Assembly (NCBI GenBank): GCA_965113315.1
Contig: OZ220363.1
Source of the DNA: Podarcis vaucheri
Lineage: Eukaryota
Strand: one strand, 5' to 3'
Length of the DNA stretch: 64,000 bases
In this document: positions 40,470 to 56,888 of the stretch, in pieces
Layout: every line of letters starts with the position of its first letter
How positions within the stretch are numbered: position 1 is the stretch's first letter
Notes under the pieces: generated by a model
Seen by the model: the letters and a program-made list of their open reading frames with translations, nothing else
Database searches by the model: none
What the model was told of the DNA's origin: nothing
Position numbers and translations under genes: made by a program

Positions 40470-41847
40470 TAACTGCATAAGCTTGTGCGCTACATACTCT
40501 TGCAATAAACATTAATATCTTATTAAAAACACTAACTTGCTAGCCAAACCCCTACCATTCCCCTGCAGTAATCGAGTATCCCATTCCCATCCCACACTAC
40601 TACTAAGCTCACTTTTCACCTTCCCAACTTAGATTTCATGATTTTATTCTACCTCCTGCACATAAAACAGACAGCATAATGCAGATAAGAATTGTTAAAA
40701 AACCCAACGTATTAGTCTGCACTGGGTACAATTTGAAATGTCGTAATCAAGAAATGCTCTGATTATGTCTTGGTTAAAATTTCAATGTTGCTGACCCTTT
40801 TATCTCTGTGTGAATAATGAGCCACTGTTTCTTTTATCATTCATGTATCACCAGACCATGGAAAGAATGAGCGTCATTAAAATAACTCTAAGTGATATAG
40901 ATCACAAGTGAATATTTTAGGACTTAGCAATAAAAAGTCAATTAAACTATCTCCCAAAAACAGACATTTAGAAATAATTTATCATTTTGTGTTCCTAGAA
41001 CTCTGAGAACATTCAAAGAGATTATCTGGTACTTCTCAGACTCAAAAGCACATTATATTTACGATAATCTTGTTAATTACGTGCCGTGCTTGTCAAACAT
41101 GATGCTATAAAGCAATAATTAATGATGAGATGAAGAAATGAAGAATGCTATAATGTTAAGTTTCTAGAAGAAAACAAATCTGACCTTGTATCATACAATT
41201 GGAAGAGTACATGACAATATGAATAATTTTCAGCATTCAGGAGAAAGTTATTAGAACTACATAATGATAAAATGTTTGAGCGGTAGCCGCTAGTAACAAC
41301 ATATATATTAATCAAAAACCATGGATACATCAATCTAGAAACACGAGAGAGAAATTTTCCTTCATCTCTTTTTGTCGCTGGCTACAGAATGGCAAGAGCT
41401 GAAATCAATGCTATCAGTCTGGCAAGAATGATTTACTGGATAGAGAATTTTAAACTTGGTCTGTAGTTTGGATTCAGGACACTGAAAAGATACTACTGTG
41501 AAACTAAGGTGACATGGCACATGAGCAGGCTTCCACTCGTGCAGCATGACTTCCCCAGGCTCTTCCACCACCTCCTACACCTCTGGAGTAGTTTTTGGAG
41601 CTGCATGTGGGGCTGCAGGGGCGAAGAGGTATCCATTCTGTAAATGGTGTCCATTGCATTAACAGACAGACACCACTGCTTTTCACCCATAGTGCTGTGT
41701 ACTTGCTTCTGTACTGCCCTCCCTCCCTGATTAGCCACTTAACTTGTTCCTTTCAGAACGGAACTCACATGCTACTTGGAGTATCTCCACAACTCATACA
41801 GCAATTCTAACAATACAATAGTAAATTGAAATCTGGAAGCCAGATTA

Positions 41848-42099
<252 letters not shown>

Positions 42100-42996
42100 T
42101 TACAAAGCAAGACAAAAAAAATTGCATTAAAAAAGATTAAGCTGCAATCCTATTCTGTTTTGCATTATCATATTGGAAATAAAATTGGCATGAATTCAGA
42201 GTGTCTCTGTATAGATTCTACAATATTCTTTTTTGACCACATTCTTCCCTTAGTTAAATAAATAAGTATGGTAACATTATATACTGAGCATGCCACAGGG
42301 TTACAATATAGACTGGTGAAAAAGCAACACAGAACCTCCCCCCTCAAACAAATAACATCCCCATCAGAGATGAATGCATGGAGTCCCCATTTCTGATTTC
42401 TTCTTCCACTCTCCCCCCTCCCTGCTTTTGGCAGGTGTGGAATTCTGAAAATTGTGATCTATACACAACTAGTAGATTTCATGGGGACTCCAACTCCCAC
42501 AATGGGTTATCTATATTAGGAAGCTGGCAATGCACAAGAAACAGAGGCATCACTTCATAACTTAATTTATTAGTTAGTACAAGCAGAGCTCATCTTACAT
42601 GGATTTCACTTATGTGATTGCAGCTATATGCAAACCACCCCAAAATCAATAAGCAAGTAGAGCACGAGGGCAGGAAGAAAATGGCCAGCAATCCCATCAG
42701 CTACTGGGAGAACACTTGGGTATGGATGGAGAGTTGGTGGAGTGTAGAGAGAGATTGGAGGCAGTTGGAGAGAGATCAGAAGAGGCTGGAGAGGTTGCGG
42801 AAAAGGTTGGCAAGTCACCAGAGAAAGTTGGAGGGATTTGCTGGGTTTTTAGGGTTTCCTGTGGAGTGTTCTGGCGTTAAGTGATTTTGCTTATACACAC
42901 AATAGGCAAGAACGTAACCCTTGTGTAATATGAGATCAACCTGCATTTCACCTGAAAGACGATTGCAAAAATATTTGTGTAAATAATCATACTTTA

Positions 42997-43182
<186 letters not shown>

Positions 43183-44314
43183 TCAAACAGCAAATAAGTT
43201 GCCTAATCAGCTCTACCAAGAAGTTTTCACTCATTATAGGAAGGCTTTAAATATCACTGAAATTGTAAACAGGAAGACCAAAACACAGGTAATGGGATGG
43301 ATGCATTTGCCATTTTGTAATTAGAAAGAATTTTTCAATTAATGGAAGGGACAGAGATCTAGCAGAGGCTCCTACTGGTAGAAGGAAGGGTGAGGCAATT
43401 TTGGGTGATTTCACCCTGCAGCTTGCAGAGAGATCTCCCATACTGTTTCAGAGGGTCCCATGCTTCTCCAGAGCAGCTTTCTTCAATGGAGGCACAGGGA
43501 GATATAGGGGAAGTCAATGAAATCTCCTCCTTCCCTCCAGTGGAAGAGTTCTATGGACCGTGAATGGCCCACATCTTTCCATATCTTTCTGCGTTTAGAA
43601 AGGCATTGTTCACACACCTGTGAAAACTGTGTTGGTTGCAAAATATCAGTGGAGAATGTGTGAAAGGGTCCCATACAATACAAATTTAAGTATTATTTTT
43701 TCATAGATTGGTAGCAGTATCTACTTTTCTTTCTTTTTTAAAAAAATGCCCTTAAACTATGAATCTGTCCCTTCAATGCTGAATTTCATGGTGAGAAAAT
43801 TGAACTTAAGAACTTAAGAAATGGTTTGTTGGACCAGACTGACATGCTTCTAGCTCAGCCTTCTAATCTATTATCAAAAGTGGCCAGATGTCTCCTGCAG
43901 CTCACAAGCTGGTTATGAAATCAATGGCCTTTATCTGCTTATTACAAATAAGATTCTGCCCCTGAAGCATCTTTGAAGGATTGTTTGTTCTAATTTCCCT
44001 TAGACTGAAACTGAATTCACTTAGCAAGACCACTAAATGTGGGTCCTAAAGTTTATATTATATACCGACTGCCTTAGCTATTCCATGATGACTCTCCAAC
44101 ATAACATCGTTAATGATGCAGGGCAGAAGGATTAGAACTTGAGAATTACTTACAAAATCCCAGTGCTGCATCAATGGTTTCTTATTATTTGACAAACATG
44201 AAACTGCTGCTATGGTATGTATCATTAAGAGCGAATTCAAAATGCTTAAATTCCATATCCTCCTGGGAACTTGTTTGAAGGCTTTAAAAAGGCGGCAGAA
44301 TTAAATTAAAATGG

Positions 44315-45000
44315 TGGTTGTGGAAAAAAGGTGAATTCCATGTTAGGTATTGTTAGGGAAAAGATTTAATTTAAACGGCTCATATCACAGTGTTGTTACA
44401 CAGACCCATAGAGTAGCTGCACTTGTAAAGTTCTAGATATAGCAAAACTAGAAAAGGTACAAAAAGAGAAAGCTGTAATGATCAAGGGGCTGGAGCAACA
44501 CCCCTATGAGTACAGGTTATTTAACATTTGGGTTTTCTTTGTTTGGGGGGAAAAGGCAGGGGACATGCTGTCAGAAATATATAAAATTATGCATTGTGTG
44601 GAGAAAATGTGTTGAGTTTTTCTCCCTCAAGAATCTTGGATTATCCTATGAAGCTAAATCAGGAGTTAAATAAGGAGTACTACTTAACTCAGTACATAGT
44701 TGAACTGTGGGATTAATTGCCACAGGATGTAATGGTGGCCACTAACTTGAATGGCTTTAAAAAGAAGTTAGAGAAAATCATGAAGGATGAGGCTACAAAG
44801 GAACACTAGTCACAATGACTGTGTAAAACATCCAGTATGTTATGTCTCTGAACACCAGTTGCTGGGGACGCAAGTGGGATTAGTGTATTGCTCATGTTCT
44901 GCTGGTGGGCTTCCTGTAAGCATCTGTTTAGCCGCTGCAAGAACAGGATGCTGGACTAGATGGAGCATTGGCCTCATCCAGCAGGGCTCTTGAGGAACAC
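44315..45000 (+). mobile_element. CR1 LINE 3' fragment
   Basis: Degenerate ORF2 C-terminus (LEKVQKR..MIKGLEQ.PYE.RL) plus 3' UTR; homologous to 22285-23345. Confidence 0.75.
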
Positions 45001-45429
45001 AGGATGCTCTTTGACACTGCATCAGACCCATTGGTCCATCTCCATCCAGCTCAGTGTTTACACTTGACTGGCAGCGGTTTCCCAGGCTTTCGGCCAAGAG
45101 TCTGTCTCAAATCTACGTGATTTAATCCGAGGCTTTCTCTGTGCAAGGCACATATTCCACCAGAGATCTACAGCCCTTCCTGCTCTTATAACGCAGTTAC
45201 TCAACAACACCATTTCGAACCTGAAAAAATATTTCTCAGTATAGTCTTAGGAGGCTGAATGATTCAAACTAGATCAGATATGTGCATTATGTAATAATTG
45301 ACAAGTGTCTTGTATTGTACCAAATAACCTAAGATTAGTTTTGCACATTAAACATCACAACAAGATGTTTTTAGGCATAAGAGTGCTGCTATTAAAAGTG
45401 TTGTCAGATCTTCACAGTTCAGTTTGTTA

Positions 45430-45717
<288 letters not shown>

Positions 45718-45983
45718 TTAGGTATGCCATTTATTAGATGCAGATCAATGGAATATTATTACAATCTATATTTTGTTTTAATGATTATCTAAATTATACA
45801 TTTATATATTATAATAATCTGGTATTCATGCATAATTTAGTACAAAGCAGGTAAGCACATTCATCTGGTCATTAGTAGAAGATCACATTGTCCCATGATA
45901 AGTAAAAAGTCAGCCATGTTTGTTTTTAAACAGATAAAAAACTAAGAAATCGTTTAAAATCCAAGTATCTGTTTTTCAGAATA

Positions 45984-46225
45984 CAGTGTTACCTCAGGTT
46001 ACATACGCTTCAGGTTACATACGCTTCAGGTTACTGACTCCGCTAACCCAGAAATAGTGCTTCAGGTTAAGAACTTTGCTTCAGGATGAGAATAGAAATC
46101 GTGCTCCGGCGGCATGGCAGCAGCAGGAGGCCCCATTAGCTAAAGCGGTGCTTCAGGTTAAGAACAGTTTCAGGTTAAGAACGGACCTCCGGAACGAATT
46201 AAGTACTTAACCCGAGGTACCACTG
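45984..46225. mobile_element. Tc1/Tigger-like MITE
   Basis: TA|CAGTGTTACCTC...GAGGTACCACTG|TA; inverse copy at 57357. Confidence 0.88.
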
Positions 46226-46338
46226 TATTTTTAAAAGACATAACATTATTTGGTAATTCTAAATGGCAATAGCAGGCAGTGTGCTGGGGAGGTGGTGCTT
46301 ACCTGACCTCCAATCAGCTGCATCAGATTGGCTTACTA

Positions 46339-46474
46339 CAGGTATAGGCAAACTCAGCCATCCAGATGTTTTGGGACTACAACCCCCATGATCCCTAGCT
46401 AACAGGACCAGTGGTCAGGGATGATGGGAACTGTAGTCCCAAAACATCTGGAGGGCCAAGTTTGCCTATGCCTG
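46339..46474. mobile_element. Palindromic hAT MITE
   Basis: CAGGTATAGGCAAACT...AGTTTGCCTATGCCTG; perfect 8-bp TSD GCTTACTA. Confidence 0.9.
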
Positions 46475-46947
46475 GCTTACTAGGATATAATGGGGAAGGT
46501 GTGAGATAGCAGTGAGGCACCAGCAAATGCACCAGCAAAATCAATATGCTGTTCCTGCCAATGTATTTGCATCATAATGCATCACTATAGTTTTAAAGTA
46601 TTTCTTCTTAGAAGCTGCTTTCTGAGCTAAGACTCCGAAAGTGATATCAAGACCATTTCAGATGAGTACACTGAGATTAAAAACTGTTAAGTACTTTTTT
46701 TCATTCTGCACTTTACCTGCCTCATCATTTTCTGATGATGCCCTTTCTGCTTGCCAACCTCCCTGTTCTGCAGAGATAAGTTCGGTGAATGTACTAGACA
46801 CATCCACAACAAAAAAGCGAAAGTAATAAATATCAAAGCTTGACAAGCCAAATACATTTGGGAATCTTGTTGGTTCACGTGAGGCAAGAGTTACCCTCAA
46901 AGTTATCAGTGAACAACATGTCCTCTACTCTGAAATTTAAGTAGTTA

Positions 46948-47175
<228 letters not shown>

Positions 47176-47845
47176 CTAGTCATACATATATATGTATTCT
47201 GCAGGAGACCAATGAAGGCTGACAATGGGGGGAAAATATATTAGAAGAGGAGAGAGGAAGAGAATGGCAAACAAATCTACTCCATAGTAATAGTTCGCCA
47301 CTGATGGACTCTTCTTCATTGGATGTTTTTAAGCAGTGGGTGGATGGCTATCTATCACGGATGCTTCAGTTGAGATTCCTGGATTGCAGGGGGTTGGTCT
47401 AGATGACCCTCAGGGTCCCTTCCAACTCCAATTCTGTGAGAATGCTGCTGCACTCAGGTCCTTCTTGCAGCATAGGCATCTGGTTAGCTACTGCGAGAAC
47501 AGAATGTTGGACTAGATGAGCCACCAGCCTGATCTGGCAAGCTCTTCTTATGTTCTGAATTGTGTGCTCACTCACGTGGGTCGGAAGACATTGGGATCCT
47601 GTGGAGGCTCCTCAAAGTTAAGCAGTTTTCAAAAATTTGCCCCTGAAAACCCTACATTGACTCCACACTGCTCTGGAGCATCCCCAAACCCCTGGAGCAG
47701 CTTATCAGAGGGAAATGGGGGGGGGGGTGTAAGAGGGATGAGAAAGAGGATATTCCTTTCTTCTACTGTATTCTGTTTACGGTAATTTTGAATTCAAGCC
47801 ATCAAAGCTTCAGAATAACCTCTTCAGAATTATCTCCCTAGTAAG

Positions 47846-47980
47846 CAGGGCTTTTTGAAAGCCGGAACTCCCTAGAATTCAGTTCCAGCACCTCTCAGGT
47901 GGGTGTCATTGCCATTCTAAGAGAACAATGGAGGTGTTTGTGGTGAGTTACGGTCTCTCTTTTCTAGAAAAATAGCACTG
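47846..47980. mobile_element. hAT-type MITE, same family as 1384
   Basis: CAGGGCTTTTT...AATAGCACTG; TSD CTAGTAAG/CTGGTAAG; a further decayed copy at ~49919-50037. Confidence 0.8.
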
Positions 47981-48633
47981 CTGGTAAGTGATCTGTTTCT
48001 GTATAGATGCAAAATAATTCTACATATATTTTTATAATCTGAAGACTTGTAATTTGGATGGCATGCTAAGAGATGCCTTTTTGAACTGCAATTATTGACA
48101 GCAGAGGCTTATAAAAAGGAAGCAGATACTTGTGATCCCTTCCCCTGCCTCAAATCACAAGAGGTGTTCCTGCTGCCGTAGTCCTTATAAACCACAGGAA
48201 AAAGTAGCTGTTAACATTTGCCCCCATTCCATACTGATCTATTAAAAATAATGGCAACATGAGAAGGTTCCCAGGTCAATGCCGTATACAATATACCAAC
48301 ACAGCCTAAAATAATATTTGTTATGGTTCTGACCTGGGGCTAAAAAAATCTAACCACTCTCTCCCATTTCCAGCCAATTGCTGGTAATACTTCACTGAAG
48401 CAGATGCAAAGGGCTGTTAACTCAATGTTTATGATTTCTTTAGTGCTCTTAATATTGCTAAAGTTTTAAGATGTCATTTAGCCAACAATAATGCTGCTCA
48501 GAAATGCTCCTTTTATTTATATAAGCAGCACAAAACAGGAAGCATTAAAAAGAATTTGAAGTGGTACTCACATAATGTTAATTTAACAAGTCAGTCATAT
48601 AAATAATAATAGTTATTAGCTAAGAGATATTCA

Positions 48634-49001
48634 GGGGATGCAGGTGGTGCTGTGGTCTAAACCACTGAGCCTAGGACTTGCCGATCAGACAGTCGGTGGT
48701 TTGAATCCCCGTGACAGGGTGAGCTCCCGTTGCTCGGTCCCAGCTCCTACCAACCTAGCAGTTTGAAAGCACATCAAAGTGCAAGTAGATAAACAGGTCC
48801 CGCTCTGGCGGGAAGGTAAATGGCATTTCTGTGCGCTGCTCTGGTTTCGCCAGAAAAAGCTTAGTCATGCTGGCCACATGACCCAGAAAAACTGTCTGCA
48901 GACAAATGTTGGCTCCCTCAGCCAGTAAAGCGAGAGGCCGCCACAGCCCCAGAGTCATTTGCGACTGGACTTAACTATCAGGGGTCCTTTACCTTTACCT
49001 T
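48634..49001 (+). mobile_element. Sauria SINE
   Basis: Head GGGGATGCAGGTGGTGCTGTGG, (ACCTTT)n tail; 13-bp TSD TAAGAGATATTCA. Confidence 0.92.
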
Positions 49002-49064
49002 TAAGAGATATTCATTCATATTGCTGGTATGTAATGTAGAATCTGACTATGAACAAAAAGACTA

Positions 49065-49451
<387 letters not shown>

Positions 49452-50575
49452 TCAAATGTTTGGCAAAGGATCATAGCCCAGTGATTCAATCCTTGGCATC
49501 TCCAGGAACAACTGGGGAGGGTGGGCAGGGTGGGAGGGGGGCTGCCTGAATCCTTAGAGAGCAGCTGCTAGTCAGTGCACACAATACTGAACTAAAGCAG
49601 GAATGAGTGGCTAATCAGCAGTCATCCAGATGTCATTGGGTTTCAACTCACTTCAGTCCCAGCCAGCATTGTTTATAGTTAGGGATGATGAAAGTTTAAT
49701 CTAGCAGTATCTGGAAGGCGATATGGTTCCCAACCCTGGACTAAGAAATCTGACATGGTGAAGGCAGCTAGCTTCCTTAACTGACGTGCCTCTAGTCAAT
49801 TCACCGAGACTGTAAGTGGAAGCGTTGGATAGGCAGTGAGGTTGGAGAAGTGCAATAATGTCAGTGGGGCCAATTCTGCACTCCTTCCGATGCATTTACA
49901 TTACACCAGCCCCACCAACAAGGCTTTTTTCAGCTGGAGCTCACAGGAGTTCAGGTGGGCACCATTGCCATTCTAAGAGAACAAGGGAGAAGCTTATGGT
50001 GAGCTCTGGCTCCTCTTTTTCTAGAAAAATAACACCAGCCACCACCAGTTAGCTCCTCCCCCTCTTTGGTTTTGATATGCAACAGAGATCAGCTGGTGGG
50101 GGTTGTAAGCAGCACAGCCTCACTGCTGCCTGAGAGAGGTAATATGAAAGGGGAGCTACTGTTGGGTTCTGGGAGTCTGAACACAACGAGTGGCTTGACT
50201 TTATGCCACCATAGAAGTGCCTGGTGTCTGTTGTGCACATGGCTTAGTGAACAGCTGAAGACGTGCATAGATAGATCATCTGACTGATCTGGTCCTTGGA
50301 CACAGGGTGGAATTACTCATGCCAGGTTGAGAGTGGGAGAGGAAGAATCCCAGCTCTCACATAAAGTGGAGGGGGCCTGCACTGAAGGGTTGTTAGCTTG
50401 TTGCTAACCTGTCTCCTTATGACGAGAATCTGGCAAAAATTAATAGAGCTGTTCCCATTCATCCCCAAACACTTCTTGTGTCTTCATTCCTACTTGCAGG
50501 GGTGGGAAGACAAAGAATAAAAGCAGCTCTGCAACTTTTCTTTTTCTCATACAAAAAGCACAGGGAACATTGTTA

Positions 50576-50782
<207 letters not shown>

Positions 50783-50973
50783 CTAAAAGATGAAACAAAT
50801 AATATATACAGGTGTGTGTGTTTTTAATACCATCATCTTAGCAAATCTGGGCTAGTTATTCTAAGTAGAATACATTTCTGACATTGCCAAAACAGCTATA
50901 AAGTTTTAATCATGGAGTTCCATAACCTTCTAACACAATGAAACTATTCTGAAAGGAAATGAAACTATTCTCA

Positions 50974-51121
50974 GGATAGCTCAGTGAACAGAGCATGAGG
51001 CTCCTAATCTCGGGGTCATGGGTCTGAGCTCCATGTTGGGCAGAAGATTCCTGCACTGTAGGAGGTTGGACTTGATGACTCGCGTGGGCCCTTCCAAATC
51101 TACAATTCTGTGATTCTATGA
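50974..51121 (+). mobile_element. tRNA-Lys-derived SINE with CR1 tail
   Basis: GGATAGCTCAGT..AGAGCATGAG..CTAATCTC.GGGTC.TGGG...TTGGGC head; ATTCTGTGATTCTATGA tail. Confidence 0.85.
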
Positions 51122-52251
51122 AGTTGAGCAAATAGCCCATTTATATTAGAAACCCAATTCTACCCTATTTCCTATGGCCTCAGCAGCTGTGACACATGCT
51201 CAAAACAATATCTCAGTCCCTCCTTGCCACCAGCATGTCCTTGTCATTTACGATAGCGAAGCGAAATAAGGAGTGTGCCAGAAAGGACTGGAAGGCATAG
51301 ATACATTTTCATTCAGCCTAGACTCCAGATGGTGTTTGGGTGTGCTCAGAACTGATCTTACTCCAACATCCACTGGAGGACAGTAATAATATGTCAAGGG
51401 GCGGGGAATAACATTTTAGAGTTGCATAGGAGGGATGCAAAAGATCCTAACCAGGAATTCTCCATTTTGAAGCACTGATAAGACTGATTTTCTCCCTACC
51501 TGATTTTCTTCCCTGCAGTGCGCCCTTATTCCCTCTTCTAATATTGCATACGGATAGAATTTTGAGACAGGTGCTTTACATTCCAGTGTCAAGATAAGTG
51601 CGAGTAATGTTAAGGCATAATCAATGCTAATTGGATGTAGACCTGATAGGCTATGGGCATTTGATTGCATTTGGACGTATAATTGCAACACATTTGAGGA
51701 GTGGTAGAAAGTAATGATCATGCTCTAAATCTATAAAGGGTATGTCTGATTGTGAAAGAGGTTCAACTTGGGAATTAACTGCCCATTTCCCCAAATGTAA
51801 GGGAACATGGCTGCTCTGCCTTCAGATACATTAAACTGGTATGAAGCAATCTTTGCAATCTGTGTCACTGAGAAAATGGGATGAAGGGGGAACAATATAT
51901 ATAGCTGATAAAGTCTATTACACAGGCTATTTTGGCAATTATACTATTTAATTTTCCTCCTTAAATATCCTACTTGATTTAATTAACATGTTGCTCTGAC
52001 AGTACACCACTACCACCTGTAGAAACATGGGAAATGAAAATGAATGTGTGTATTATTTTTATTAACATTATTATCAACATTATTCATTATTAACATTAAT
52101 TATTATTATTAACATTATTATTATCATCCCCACATAACTTGTTTCATAGTAGGGTCATGCTAAGGACAAATGAAAAACAACATCTCACAATACCTATGAA
52201 AAACATTTGCACAGTTTTGTTGTAAATAATCATTACAAATACATTTAATTA

Positions 52252-52497
<246 letters not shown>

Positions 52498-54562
52498 TTA
52501 AGTTTAAACTTGCACAAAGTAGACACTGCAACAGAAGAACTACTTACTTTTAAAATAATGATACTGTAAAACATTAGAAAAATTAATATATTAGAAAAAT
52601 TAATATATAGTACCATAAGGCATTATAAAATAGTAGGTTTATGCCACATGTAGCCCATTCACAATTTTGCAATTATGGAGAAAACTGAGAAGTTTACTAA
52701 TTTCAGAATGGTGAGCTATCTTTGCAACAACGTTTACCTTTTTAAAAAATAAATAAATTGCCTTGTGTTAGTGGGACTTGCTCCCAGTAATGTGTAATGT
52801 GTGTAACCCTATACACACATTACTGGGAGCAAGTCCCACTGAATTCAATGATGCTTACTTCCCAGTAGACATGTATAGGATTGCACTTTGAGACACTTTC
52901 TGTGGAACAGGAATTATCATTATCAATCCTCTAATATGCAAATTACCACACTAGGCACAGTATGACACGGAAACTATTAGGATTTACTAATATTATTTTC
53001 TTACTATAAAATACATTTTTGGCGTGCATCGTAGCAAGGGTGGCGCAGTGTCAACTATTAAGGCTGAGCAGAATTTGGCCACAATCCTGCACACTGTGTG
53101 CATGGAGAGCATGGTATGGATGGAGTTCATGTGTCCTCTCCCCGCCCCCACCTGTCGCCTCTGTTCATGAGCCTTCTACTATTCTAAGAGCCATCCTGTG
53201 ACTCAACAAGGCCATTTGCACTTGCAGCTGAGACCCTCCCCCATCTTACCTTCAAGCATTTGGAGCCTGCTCTTCCCCAGGCCCATGGTGTGCAGGCTAC
53301 TCCCAGCAGAAGCAGGAGTGGAGACACGTGCAGGGGCCTGGTGGGAGAGGGGAGGTTATACTAGAGCCCTACGGGAAAAACTTCACACTCTGTTCTCTGT
53401 GCAAGCAGCATGCAGGATTTCGGCCTGTGGAAATTTGTGTGTGTGTTTAAAAAAACCATAAATCATATGTATTGCATCATTCGTTCTACTGGTGGTAGGC
53501 TTTCCTTCCAGAGGAGAAAGAAGAAATGCTGGGAGCAGAAGCTCCCGTATGTTAATTGCAACTAAGAGTAGATATGGAGACTGAAATAAAGCAATCTGAG
53601 TAAACCTACTTACTCAGAAAGAAGCCCATTGTATGTGCTGTAATGTATCCATAATGCACATTTCAAAAGGCCACAAAATGCATGTATTTGGATACAGAGG
53701 AATCCTGTGTATGCCTACTCAGAAGCAGTTCCCATTGAGCTCAATGAAACTTACACCCAGGTAAGTGAATATAGGCTTGCAGCCTCTGCAGTCTGGCAGG
53801 GAAGAGTCTGCCATTCTGCCTACTTCCAAATGGTCTCTTTCTCAAAAACACCATGTCCTTTGTAAGTGTATTGTGCCCCCCGGTGGGACCTCCCCATATT
53901 CTGAGAACCACTTTCTGAACAGCTCCATATTCTAGGCTTGAGGTGTATTATGTTCAAACAACAACCATACTAATAACCCTACTGGATCCATCTAGTCCAG
54001 AACTCTGTTTTCCACAGCAACCAGGTGAGCTTATATGAGGGTCTTATAATAGTTCTCCCTCACTACTGCCTCTCAGTAAACTGTATTCAATGGCATACTG
54101 CCCCTAAACATAGAGGTTCAAGTTTGCCTAGGAAGCTTAGTTTGGTCAGAATTGAGGGTATACACTTCCAGAGTTTATGCTAACTACATTACTTCTGGTA
54201 AAATGAGCCACCATAACCATTAGAGGGCCGTGAAAATTTGTGTCTCAGGCTTTTTACCCATGTACTGTCTGAAACCAAAGGGGCACATTGCCTGCCAGAT
54301 GGATATTTTTTTCCAGGTTTCCTACCCCACTAGTACCGCAAGCAAAAGGTGACAATCAAAAAAGTTTGGAGAACGTTAAACAAGGGGGAAATAGTATCAC
54401 ATTATAAGAGCCATTTTGGACTGTATTCTGTAATAGCATGTGGGAGAAATAATTTCCCCAGAATTTCATGGATTCAACATAATTTCACCAGTTTTCTCCA
54501 GTTGGCTTTTCCCAAGATCATTAAAAATAAATAATTCTTCATTAAAAATAAATAAAACTTCA

Positions 54563-54841
<279 letters not shown>

Positions 54842-55944
54842 TCATTAGACTAACTCTGACAGAATATTATAACCGTAAAATACTTATGCATTACATTTCT
54901 TGTAGTATTTTTTTCTAAAATACACATTGCCACTTAAATCTAACCTTTATTCAGCTACAACAATATTGATCTGACACTGCAAAAATGAAAATTAGATTCA
55001 ACAAACTAACTGTGGTCTGAAGTTCTAGTAGCAGAAATTTATCATTGGTGACAGCTCAGAAATATTCACAGCAGAATCCTGTACATGTCTACTCAAAAGT
55101 AAAACCAACTGTGACCAATTGTGCTTTCTCTCATGTAAGATGTGCAGCCTGGCAGGGGAATCCACCACCTCAAGACAAGGGAAGGAAGCAATACAGTTTT
55201 CATTTTGCTCTCTCAAGAACCTTCCCCTGTGCTTTGCTATCTAGCCCTGAAGGACTGAGCACTTGATTGATTTATAGTAGAAAGTGTGGGGCAATTCTTC
55301 TATTGTGGGAAAGGAAAAACATGTCCTTTTATCCTCCTGCAACTTCACTGCATTTGCAGATGAGATTTTAGAAAGCACTTCATGGCACTTATCCATTCTA
55401 TCCCACTACCTCCAGATGTCTAGGGCTCATTTCACACCTTTTACTTCTCTCCCCTTCCCATAATTTACACCTTCAACATCCCATGTTTCCTGGAGGCTAC
55501 TAAGCATGTTCAGTCCTTGCTTATCTTCATTTTATGAACTAACACTTAAGCTCATTAGTCAGAGACTTCTGCATAACTTGGGTATACATGTATGCAGAAA
55601 ACATGACCTTATCCATGGGTGGGTTCATTTCACCGACAAACCGACACACACATACAATGAACAAATGGGGATTCTTTACAACATTTGATTTCTCTTTATA
55701 GAAAAAGAGTAAAAATAGCAAGCAACAACAACAATGGGGAGCCACAGCAAAATGCTGTGGTGCATCCCCTGCTACTAACAGACAAACTTCTGTTCAATAC
55801 TCTAGGCAGAATGGAAACAGTGTTCTAGAAACTTCATATATGTCAACATATCTTCAGGCTCAGCAACAACCTTACCCAGGTTTACCAAAAAACAGGAGAA
55901 CAAAATAGGATAAATAAAAATTGTATTACTTTTATTTGTAAGTA

Positions 55945-56202
55945 CCGTATTTTTCGCTCTATAAGACGCACCAGACAACAAGACGCACCTAGTTTTTGAA
56001 GGAGGAAAACAAGGAAAAAATAATTCTGAATCTCAGAAGCCAGAACAGCAAGAGGGATCGCTGCGCACTGAAAGCAGCAATCCCTCTTGCTGTTCTGGCT
56101 TCTGTGATAGCTGCGCAGCCTCATTCGCTCCATAAGACGCACACACATTTCCCCTTACTTTTTAGGAGGGAAAAAGTGAGTCTTATAGAGCAAAAAATAC
56201 GG
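55945..56202. mobile_element. Tc1/mariner-pogo MITE
   Basis: TA|CCGTATTTTT...AAAAATACGG|TA with internal hairpin. Confidence 0.88.
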
Positions 56203-56888
56203 TAATCACCCATCTAAATTCAACATCCATTTGGAATGAGAGGAAAATTGGAGATGAATTATATGTACAGTATATTACAGTGTTAGATGCCTAATGGCAG
56301 CAGCTTCAAACCCCCAACACTAGCCCTGAAGTTGTGAATCATAAACCCCTTTCCTCAGTACAGATGTAAATATATGGGGTTCTTTGGTGTAATCTAGGCC
56401 AAAGGAACTGTTGGCTTAATCATGTATGGATGTCTGAGGGTAGATGTTGCTTGCGGTCTGTAAAAGATGGTGTGCTGTTATAAGAGTTGTAAACAATTCT
56501 GTTTTATTTTGTAAAAAAAAGAGAAAGTTTATAAATGTTAAAAGGAGGTAGACCGACTATGTTAATCCAGTGTTCCGCTCATTACTACTCAATAGGGCAG
56601 TTACTCCCATGTGGTCAGAAGAAAGATTATATAATCCCCCCATGTGAAAAATACAAGTATAAATAATCAGATCTGTATGTCAAGCTTTGTTAATTGAATG
56701 GCAATTTGTAAATCTCTACAATTTGTGAATAAACATTCAAAACCCTTTTAATCTAGGTGTTTAAGAGTTAAAGATGAAACAACCAGTGACATACTGCTTC
56801 TCCAAAGTGAATAGGCCTTATTTTGGTTACCCTATATTTTCATAAATGGAGTTCTACAGTAGTGAATAGTCTGTAAATGTCAACTTAC

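Noticed and set aside
42618-42884. Coiled-coil-like ORF (WRQLERDQKRLERLRKRL)
   Set aside because: Arises from degenerate purine-rich short repeats; no splice or homology support.
50974-51048. tRNA-Lys gene
   Set aside because: Degenerate arms and an attached CR1 tail show it is a SINE head.
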